Positions 1-7,560 of a DNA stretch of 14,910 nt are shown here, piece by piece. Under the pieces are notes generated by a model. It searched no databases. It was not told the DNA's origin and saw only the letters and a list, made by a program, of their open reading frames with translations. The translations under genes were made by a program, and so were the position numbers. This DNA is from Chthoniobacteraceae bacterium (GTDB lineage Bacteria > Verrucomicrobiota > Verrucomicrobiia > Chthoniobacterales > Chthoniobacteraceae). The stretch covers positions 1 through 14,910 of the forward strand of contig JBEBGD010000126.1 in assembly GCA_040081625.1 (NCBI GenBank). Reading direction: 5' to 3'. Numbering within the stretch: the first letter of the stretch is position 1; each line of letters opens with the position of its first letter.

Positions 1-6
1 GGATTG

Positions 7-38
7 TTCGTGGCCGGCGAGGACGCCGGCGCCCCATG
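7..38. repeat. REP-like palindromic arm; second copy of the 9755-9873 element, partner arm presumably beyond the window edge
   Basis: 11-37 TGGCCGGCGAGGACGCCGGCGCCCCAT matches 9847-9873 TGGCCGGCGGGGACGCCAGCGCTCCAT at 24/27, with the flanking TTCG and G also shared. It has an internal hairpin GCCGGCG-AGGA-CGCCGGC (13-30) and lies 2 nt downstream of the minus-strand stop at 40-42. Confidence 0.8.
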
Positions 39-39
39 G

Positions 40-663
40 CTACACGATCTCGCGGATGAAAAAGTCGCTCGCGAGCCCGGTCGCGCCGGGGCCGGTGGGC
101 GCGGCGAAGAACGCTTCGGGCGTCGCGCCTTTCGTGAAGGCGAACGTGCGCGCGCCGACTTTCGCCTTCCCGATGCGCTCGGCGACGATGCCGAACATAT
201 CGCCCGCCCCGCTCGTGCCGAGCGCCTGCCCTTTCACCGTGAAGCTGCCGATCGTGGAGAAGAGCGCGGGGTTGTCGCGCGGGGTGCCGGTGGAGACTTT
301 CGTGTCGGCTTTGATGCGCCCGAGGTCTCCGTGCCGAGATCGATCGGACGCGAAGGACGACGTCGCCCGTCACGCCCACGTTTCCATTCACCGCGAGTGT
401 GTCGGCGAGGATCGTCAGCCCGGCGACTCCGTCGAGCGACGTGATGTTCACCGTCTCCGCCTTGATCGTGACGCTGTCATTCACCACTTCCGCCCCCGTG
501 TTCACATTCAGCGTGTCGGTGCCCGCGCCATCGAGCACCGAGAGGCCATCGGCCAGTCCGTTGAGATTCAGTGTATCGTCGCCGTGTAGCCGAGCGATGT
601 GCTGCTAAGCGCCAGCGTGGCCGGGGCGATGCGGGCTTCGAGAATCTCAATGACGGGGACCAC
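40..663 (-). pseudogene. Collapsed, frameshifted remnant of a B/C-type paralog (leader + N-terminal pieces + C-terminal module end)
   Basis: Manual translation gives four pieces. 663-~583: (GTG)VPVIEILEARIAPATLALSSTSLGYT, whose frame hits TGA at 570-568. 583-~350 in a second frame: GDDTLNLNGLADGLSVLDGAGTDTLNVNTGAEVVNDSVTIKAETVNITSLDGVAGLTILADTLAVNGNVGVTGDVVLR. 350-~318 in a third frame: RPIDLGTETSG. 309-40 back in the first frame: ADTKVSTGTPRDNPALFSTIGSFTVKGQALG...SDFFIREIV*. Each piece aligns by eye, in order, to genes B and C. Confidence 0.85.
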
Positions 664-724
664 GCGCGCGAAAAATGCCGATTCCGCGCTCACAGGCGCG
701 CGCAGAATCGGGTCGGGATGCGCC

Positions 725-3700
725 CTATGCCCGCGTGACGACACTCACTTCGCCCGAGCCGCTGCTCAGCGCCGCGAGGTCGGTGCGGCCGTCGCCATCG
801 AAGTCGCCCAGCGCGAGCGCGGTGAGTCTGCGCGGCGGCACATCCTCGAGCGTGAGATCGAGCGCGCGGGCGAAGCCGCCGGTGCCCAGCCCGCGCAGGA
901 TGCTCACGCGCCCGCCCGCGCCGTTCGCGATGGCGAGGTCGGTGCGGCCGTCGCCGTCGAAGTCGCTCGCGACCACGGCGCTCGCTTTCGCCGCGAGCGG
1001 GTAGGCGACTTTCAGCATCGGCAAAAACGCGCCGGTGCCGGTGCCGAGCAGGATCGAAACGAAACGCGCGAGCGAGTTGTGCGTCACCGCGGCATCGAGC
1101 CGGCCGTCGCCGTTGAAATCCGCCAGCGCGAGCGCGGTCGCGCCGCCGCCGGCGTTCGCGAGCACGGGCGCGGCGAAGGTCGCGGTTCCATCGTTGAGAT
1201 GCGTCGCGAGCTGGCCGCCGGTGTGCAGCACGGTGAGGTCGAGGTCGTTGTCCGCGTCGAGATCGGCGAGCGCGAAATCGCGCGGCTTCACCGAGCCGGT
1301 CGCGAGTGTCGTCGCGGCGGCGAAGGTGCCGTCGCCATTGCCTTTCAGCACCGCGAGTTTGTTGCGCGCGACGATCGTCGCGAGGTCGAGGTCGTTGTCG
1401 CCGTCGATGTCGCCCACACGCACGAGGCCCGGCGCCTTGCCCACGGGAAAAAGCGTTGCGTCGCCGAAGCCGCCCGCGCCGTCGTTCAGGAAGATGGAGA
1501 CGTTGCCCGTCGTCGCGTTCGTCACCGCGAGGTCGGGGCCGTTCACGCCGTCGAAGTCCGCGATGACCACGCTCACCGGCTTCTTTCCGCCGGTGAGTTT
1601 TTGCACCGCGGGCAGCAGCAGGCCGGGCGTGGTGGAGAGCGCGATGCTGAGCTGGCCGGTCTTCGGGCTCACGGTCACCACATCGCCGCGCCCGTCGGCA
1701 TTCAAGTCGCCCACGGCGAGGCTGGCCGCGCCCCTGGCCGTGTCGAAGTCGAGCGCCGCGGCGAACGTGTTGCCCTGCGTGCCGAACGGCGGCGTGGCAG
1801 TGCCCGGCACGCGGATCGTGCGGACTTCGCCGATGTTGCCGTAGCTGAAAGTCGGGTCGGCCAGCCCGCCCACGGTCACGAAGCCGCTCGCGTTGTTTTG
1901 CAGCGGGCCGGTGATGGTGAGCGCGCTGCCGAGGCCGTCGAGGATGAGCGTGCCGGTGCCATTCGGGTCGCTCACCGATCGCGACGAGGTGCCGGGCGCG
2001 ATGGTGATCTGGTCGGTGAGCGGCGAGCCGGTGAAGGACTCGACGAGGTCGCCGAGCGTGAGTTCCCAGCCGAGGCCGTTGAGCGTTTGCGAGCTGCCAA
2101 GCAGGTCGGCATTGAAGCCCACTGCCGCGCTCGACGTGGCGAAGCTGAGCGCATCCGAGCCGGGGCCGCCGATGAAGGTCGTGCCGAGCGCGCTGCCGGT
2201 GGTGATTTGCAGCACGTCGTTCCCCGCGCCGCCGTCGAAGATCGCAGCGACGGGATCTTCGTAGGTGATCACCGGCTGCCCCGCGCGCGTGATCGTGCGC
2301 GTGGCCGCAGCGAGCGTGAAGGTGTCCGCGCCCGTGCTGCCCTCGACCGTGAGCGTCGCGAGCGCGGAGCCGAAGTGGTTCACTTGCACGGTCGCGAGGC
2401 CCGCCGCGGCGGCGAAGGTGCCGATGTGGAAACGATCCGCGCCGCCGCCGCTGTTGAGGGCGATGGCCGTCTGGCCGCGTAGCGTGACGGGCACCTGGCC
2501 CGGAACCGAGATGACGACCTCCTCGGGGAAAGCGCCCGGCAGCACCGCGATTTCATCCGGCGCGCCGATGGTGCCGGAGAACTCGAAACGAGTCGTCGGA
2601 ATGGCGCTGAAGAACTCGCTCACGCCATCGAAAACAACGGAGAAGTCGTTCGAGAAATACGCGGTGCCGCCATCCGGCCCGGCGGGGATGTAGGTCACGC
2701 TCTCGACCACGCCGAGCGCGGCGCCGCCAGTGAGTCGCACCGCGTTCGTGCCGCTGCCGCCGTCGAAGATGATCTCATTCACGAACTGGAAACCGCTGTT
2801 GAAATAGCCAAACTCGCCATCGAAAACGAGCGTGTCGTTGCCCGCACCGCCGCGGAAGAGCACGCCCGCGAATTCATTCAGCGGGACATCTACGACGGCG
2901 GACAAAAAGCTGCTCTGCACCGTGATGTGCAGCAGCTTCGGATTGGCGACATCGCGCCGCACGACGAAGATGTCGTCGCCATCCGGCTGCGTCCCGCCTT
3001 CAAAAACGCGATACTGAAAAGGCGTGAGCACCACGTCGTTCCCATCGCCGCCGGTGTAGGAGATGAGGTAGCTGCGTCCTTCCACATAAATCTGCCCGCC
3101 CTCGCCGGGGAAATTGAACGTGCCGTTGATCGCATCCACGCCGTCGTTTTCGATGAGCACGATCTGCTCGTTCGGCGGAAAATCCACGCCGCCGGTGATG
3201 ACGAGCGCGGCGTTGTTCAGGGACACGGTGCCGGTGACGGCGATCTGATCGTAAAAGCCGGGGCCGTCGCCCGGCGTGGTGCCGCCGATATTGAAAGCGA
3301 ACGTAGTGCTGGGGCTGCTGGTGGCGGTGACGCTGCCGGTCGAGAGGCTGTCGGGGCGGAGAAAACCGCTGACAGTGACGAGGCCGGTCGTGCCGCCGCC
3401 GGTGAGCGTTCCGCCGGCGTTGACGGTCACGGCGCCGATCTGCCCGCCCACGCTCAGCGTGCCGGGGGCGGCAACGGTCGTCCCGCCGCCGTAGGTGTTC
3501 ACGGCATCGAGTGCGAGCGTGCCCGAGCCGTCTTTGGTCAGAGTTGTCGTCGCGCCCGTCATCGGCACGAGCACGAGGAGGTCGATATCGGCCGGCGAAT
3601 TGCCTACGGTGAAGCCCCAGCCGACGCCGAGGGCTTCGATCGTCCCGCGTCCATCGATCAGTGAGCCGGCAGCGGCGCCATTTGTCACCGTCAGCCCCAC

Positions 3701-5107
3701 GGGCAACCGAAGGCGGCTGCCGTCCGCGGCGAGGTCGATGTGGCCGGCGTTGAGGGTGACGCTGGTCGTCAGCGTGAGGTCCGCCGCCGTCGGCCCGGTC
3801 GTCGCGCGCCCACCGACGATGGTGAGGCTGGCGAATTGCTCGTTGTTCCCATTCAGGTCGAGCAGCCCGCTGGAGTTGATGGCTATGACTGTCGTGTTGA
3901 AGATTTGGTTCGCGCCGATAAGCCGCACGCCATCCGCATCCACGCCGCCGAGGCCGTCGCCGATGGTCAGCGTGCCATTCACCGCGCTCGCCGAGGCCGT
4001 TTTCGCCAGCAGGAGCAGCCCGGCGTTCACCGTCACGGCGCCGGTAAAGCTGTTTGAAGTCGCACCCGCGAACTGGAGCGAACCCGTGCCCGTTTTCACC
4101 AACCCCACCCCGGCGGCGGCGGTCCCGATCGTGGACGTGATGGTGAACGTCGGCGCGCTCGGCCCCGACGTGACATCGAATGTGCGCGTGGCGTTGCCGA
4201 GATTCAGCAGCCCGCCGAGGATTTGCGCGCCGCCGGATGCTGAAGCGGTGCCGGTCACGTCGCCATTGAGGAGGAGGGACTGCGTGGTCATCTGCACGGT
4301 GCCACCCGTCATCGCGAGCGAGGCGACGGCGAGGATCGCGCCCCCGCCGCCGAGAATCACGGAGCCGTCGTTGATCGTGAGCGCGCCGATGTTGTCGCCC
4401 CCATTGGTCGCCAGGGTGCCGAGCGCGCCGACCGTGACCGGCGCGGTATCCGAGAGGAACGCACCGCCCACAGCCGTGAGCTGCGCGACGGCGCCCGCAC
4501 CGCCGATGACGACCGGCCCGCCGAGCGCCGAGTTCGCGTTGTTCAGCAGCAGCGTGCCCGCGTCCACCTGCATCGTGCCGGTGATCGTGTTCGCCGCGGT
4601 GGGCTGGAGCGTGAGCTGTCCCACGCCGCTTTTTGTGATCCCAAAACCACCGTCATTCACCGCGCCGAACATCGAAAATGCGGACGCCGATCCATGGCTG
4701 ACCGCCAGTGGCGACGCGAGAGTGACGGGCAGGTTGATGCCGTGTGTCCCGCTGCCATTGGCCGTGGTGAGCGTGATCGCCGCCGTGGTGGTGCTGCTCA
4801 GCGTGAGTGTCCCGCCGTTGATCGCCGCGATGCTGAAATTCGTCGCCTCGTCGATGAGGATCGTGCCGACGGTGATGTTCACGGCATTGATCGAAACGAG
4901 CGCGCTGACAGCCGTGGCGGCGGTGAGTTTCGCCACGTCATCCACCGCATTCGGGAAGCCGTTGTCCGCGAGCCCGGTCGTTTCGTTGAACCAGTTGTTC
5001 TGGTCGTTCCAGGTCCCGCTGCCGACGACATCCCAGCGAAAGGACGCCGGGGCGATGCGGGCTTCGAGGATCTCGACGGCGGGAACCAGACGCGCGGAAG
5101 TCTTCAT
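725..5107 (-). CDS. Gene A: large surface/adhesin-like protein (1460 aa) with LEPR-XLL-like leader, autotransporter-associated beta-strand repeats, GGxGxD repeats and a C-terminal FG-GAP/VCBS propeller
   Basis: Long ORF rich in G/A/T/S/V. Start placed at ATG 5107 (MKTSARLVPAVEILEARIAPA) by analogy with the paralog leaders. The repeats are read directly from the translation. No C-terminal beta-barrel is evident. Confidence 0.9.
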   Translation of the reverse strand: MKTSARLVPAVEILEARIAPASFRWDVVGSGTWNDQNNWFNETTGLADNGFPNAVDDVAKLTAATAVSALVSINAVNITVGTILIDEATNFSIAAINGGTLTLSSTTTAAITLTTANGSGTHGINLPVTLASPLAVSHGSASAFSMFGAVNDGGFGITKSGVGQLTLQPTAANTITGTMQVDAGTLLLNNANSALGGPVVIGGAGAVAQLTAVGGAFLSDTAPVTVGALGTLATNGGDNIGALTINDGSVILGGGGAILAVASLAMTGGTVQMTTQSLLLNGDVTGTASASGGAQILGGLLNLGNATRTFDVTSGPSAPTFTITSTIGTAAAGVGLVKTGTGSLQFAGATSNSFTGAVTVNAGLLLLAKTASASAVNGTLTIGDGLGGVDADGVRLIGANQIFNTTVIAINSSGLLDLNGNNEQFASLTIVGGRATTGPTAADLTLTTSVTLNAGHIDLAADGSRLRLPVGLTVTNGAAAGSLIDGRGTIEALGVGWGFTVGNSPADIDLLVLVPMTGATTTLTKDGSGTLALDAVNTYGGGTTVAAPGTLSVGGQIGAVTVNAGGTLTGGGTTGLVTVSGFLRPDSLSTGSVTATSSPSTTFAFNIGGTTPGDGPGFYDQIAVTGTVSLNNAALVITGGVDFPPNEQIVLIENDGVDAINGTFNFPGEGGQIYVEGRSYLISYTGGDGNDVVLTPFQYRVFEGGTQPDGDDIFVVRRDVANPKLLHITVQSSFLSAVVDVPLNEFAGVLFRGGAGNDTLVFDGEFGYFNSGFQFVNEIIFDGGSGTNAVRLTGGAALGVVESVTYIPAGPDGGTAYFSNDFSVVFDGVSEFFSAIPTTRFEFSGTIGAPDEIAVLPGAFPEEVVISVPGQVPVTLRGQTAIALNSGGGADRFHIGTFAAAAGLATVQVNHFGSALATLTVEGSTGADTFTLAAATRTITRAGQPVITYEDPVAAIFDGGAGNDVLQITTGSALGTTFIGGPGSDALSFATSSAAVGFNADLLGSSQTLNGLGWELTLGDLVESFTGSPLTDQITIAPGTSSRSVSDPNGTGTLILDGLGSALTITGPLQNNASGFVTVGGLADPTFSYGNIGEVRTIRVPGTATPPFGTQGNTFAAALDFDTARGAASLAVGDLNADGRGDVVTVSPKTGQLSIALSTTPGLLLPAVQKLTGGKKPVSVVIADFDGVNGPDLAVTNATTGNVSIFLNDGAGGFGDATLFPVGKAPGLVRVGDIDGDNDLDLATIVARNKLAVLKGNGDGTFAAATTLATGSVKPRDFALADLDADNDLDLTVLHTGGQLATHLNDGTATFAAPVLANAGGGATALALADFNGDGRLDAAVTHNSLARFVSILLGTGTGAFLPMLKVAYPLAAKASAVVASDFDGDGRTDLAIANGAGGRVSILRGLGTGGFARALDLTLEDVPPRRLTALALGDFDGDGRTDLAALSSGSGEVSVVTRA
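731..1772 (-). repeat. Seven FG-GAP/VCBS-like repeats in gene A (probable 7-bladed beta-propeller, Ca-binding DxDxDG loops)
   Basis: GDLNADGRGDV, ADFDGVNGPDL, GDIDGDNDLDL, ADLDADNDLDL, ADFNGDGRLDA, SDFDGDGRTDL and GDFDGDGRTDL, spaced about 50 aa apart. Confidence 0.85.
2147..2857 (-). repeat. Dispersed GGxGxD (RTX/hemolysin-type Ca-binding-like) motifs in gene A
   Basis: FRGGAGNDTL, FDGGSGTNAV, NSGGGADRF, EGSTGADTF, FDGGAGNDVL, FIGGPGSDAL. They are dispersed, not a tandem RTX block. Confidence 0.6.
3449..4639 (-). repeat. Three autotransporter-associated beta-strand (PATR-like) repeats in gene A
   Basis: ITKSGVGQLTLQPTAANTITGTMQVDAGTL, LVKTGTGSLQFAGATSNSFTGAVTVNAGLL and LTKDGSGTLALDAVNTYGGGTTV fit the LxKxGxGTLxLxxxNTYxGxTxV pattern. 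Confidence 0.8.
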
Positions 5108-5143
5108 GCGCGCAAAGAATCCCGGATCCACGCCCTTTGGCGA
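5108..5143 (-). promoter_or_regulatory. Putative leaderless-type promoter of gene A
   Basis: TCGCCA (5143-5138)-N17-ATTCTT (5120-5115)-N7-ATG, with no Shine-Dalgarno. Confidence 0.35.
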
Positions 5144-5158
5144 GCGCGGAGATTTTGC

Positions 5159-7560
5159 TTACACCGCGATCTCGCGGATGAAGAAGTCGCTCGCCGCGTT
5201 GTCCGGCGCGGGGCCGGGGCCGGTGGGCGCGGCGGCGAAGTCGTCGGCGGCATCGCGCTCGCCCTTGTCGAAGACGAACGTCCGCGCGCCGACCTTCGCC
5301 TTGCCGATCTGCTCGGCGACGATGCCGAAGCTGTCGCCCGCCGTGGTGCTGCCGAGCGCCTGGCCTTTGATGACGATGCTGGAGATGGTCGAGAAGCGCG
5401 CGGCATCATCGCGCACGCTGGCGCCGGTCACTTTCGTGTCGTCGGCGGTGCCGCGGAAGCCGTCCGCGCCCTCCGTCACTCCGGCGAGCACGCTGCTGGC
5501 GAGCCATGCGCGGCCGACGGTGAGCCTGCCGATGCTCGCGTCCGCGTTTGCAGTGCCGGCGAGTATGCTCGTGCGCTCGATGCTGCCTTTCACGGCGATG
5601 CTCTTGATGGCGAAGTCGAGCCCCCTGGCCGGCGCGGGGCCGTTAGCGCGGACTTCGATCACCACGTCTCCGTTGATGCCATCACCGATGATGTCGCCTC
5701 CGACGGAGATGCTGCCGATAGTCTCGCTGGCAGTGATCTTCGTGCCCGCGAGGATGCTGCCGCCGATCTTGATCGAGCCGATGCTGGTGATCGCGGTCCC
5801 GGGCCCTCTCGTTCCAAAGGATCCGCCGATCACGAGTTTGCCGAGTCCGCCCGTGCCGCTGCCGAGGTCATCTATTCGCGCGTCGCCCTTTACCGCGATC
5901 TTCCCGATGCCCTCGCCGCTGATAATCTGAACGGAAGCCCCAACTTCGGATCGGGCGCCCAGGGACTGCGCGGTGAGGCTGCCGAGGCCGGGCCGGGCCG
6001 CATCGGTGTCGCCGCTTTGGATCGTGCTGAGTTCGCCATCGACGACGACCGCGCCGAGATCGCGGCCGGGCGAGTTGATTAAGCCGACGTTCACAAAGCC
6101 ATTGCCGCCCTCCGGGCCGGGCGTGGCGGTGATGGTGAGGTTCACGACCGCATTTCCCGGCGCGGCGGTCACGGTGAGTTCGTTAAACAGCGCACCGCCG
6201 GAGGCCGCGGCGGGAATGTCAAAATCGCCCGCGACGAACGCACCCGCGCTGCGCTTCACCGTTACCTTGTCGCCGTCCACGTCGGTGAAGGTCGCGGTCT
6301 TGCCGTTGGCCGAGAGTTGGAAGTTCACGCCGCCCGTGACCATGCCGTCGGGCGTGGTCGAGCCGAGTTCGCGGATGGTGAAGTCGAACATCGGATTCTC
6401 CGCGCCCGAGCCGTCGAGCGTGGGCGCGGCGAAGAAGGCCTCGGGCGTCGCGCCGTTCGTGAAGGCGAACGTGCGCCCGCCGACTTTCGCCTTCCCGATC
6501 CGCTCGGCGACGATGCCGAACATGTCGCCCGTGCTCGTCGTGGTGCCGAGCGCCTGGCCTTTCACGGTGAAGCTGCCGATGCTCGAGAAGAGGTCCGGGT
6601 TGTCGCGCCCGCCCGCGACTTTGGCATCGTCAGCCGTGCCGGTGCGCGCGTCGGTGCCGGCCAGAGTGCCCGCCTGCACGCCGCTGGCGATCCAGTCGCC
6701 ACCGATGTTGATGCTGCCGATGGACGCGTCGGCGTTCTTTGAAGCGCCGTTCCCGACCGAGACGCTGAGCCGCTCGACCGAGCCGCCGACGGTGAGCGAC
6801 TTGAGCGCGAGATCCACGCCCTTCGTCGGTGCCGCGATCTGTCCCATCGCCTGAATGATAACGCTGCTGGACACCGCTCCCGTGATGCTCCCCTTCACGC
6901 TGATGCTGCCGATGGTGCCATCGCTGGTGAAGCCCGAACCCTTAAAGAACGTGCCGGTGCTGTGCCGGATGTCGCCACCGATCTTCACCGACCCGATGCC
7001 GGCAGGTGCGGAGAAGAGTGCGCCAAAGTCGGTATTGCCGACAATCGATCCGACGATGCCGACATTGCCGAGCCGGCCATCGGCGCCCTTGAGGAGGAGT
7101 TCCGCGTGGCGGAAATCGCCGAGCACGGTGAGCGTGGGCAGCGCGCCTTCGATGATGGCGCCCCGGCCCGCACCGGAGCCGGCCTGCGTGCTGGTGCCGA
7201 GCAGGCCGATGCTCTGCACGGCGAGCGACTTGAGGCCGGGCACTTTGGGGTCGCCGCCCACGGTGCCGGCCTTGAGAAACCCGAGATCGCCGGCGATTCG
7301 CACTGCGCCGAGATCCACGCCGGTCGCATCGAGAAAGCCGAGGTTCACGAAGCCATTGCCGCCATCCGCCGTGGGCTTCGCGGTGATGGTGATGTTCGCG
7401 CCCGTGAAGGCCGCGTCGAGCGTGAGCGTGTTGAGTTGGCCCGCGCCGATCGGGCCGAGTTCGATGCCGAGGAATTCGCTCCCGTCGAACGCGCCCTTGG
7501 TGGTCTTCACCGTCACGAGGTCGCCGTCCACGTCGCGGAAAGTCGCCGATTTTCCACCGG
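5159..7560 (-). repeat. Two tandem ~380-400 aa modules in gene B (about 7560-6360 and 6310-5159)
   Basis: Both copies run from KxATFxDVDGDxVTVK through ITAxP..GGNGFVNxG, NADASIG and KGQALG...FGIVAExIGKAKVG.RTF to DFxIRE(L/I). Confidence 0.85.

Noticed and set aside
40..237. 65-aa minus-strand ORF as a standalone small gene
   Set aside because: It is the last piece of the collapsed paralog. Homology continues upstream of its GTG to 309.
300..600. Programmed triple -1 ribosomal frameshifting yielding a ~208-codon mini-protein
   Set aside because: No slippery heptamers are seen at the junctions, and the shifts coincide with deletions relative to the paralogs. Net frame restoration has a 1-in-3 chance of occurring anyway.
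725..5107. Classical autotransporter or RTX toxin call for gene A
   Set aside because: It has no Sec signal or beta-barrel, the GGxGxD motifs are dispersed and central, and no type I secretion genes are present.
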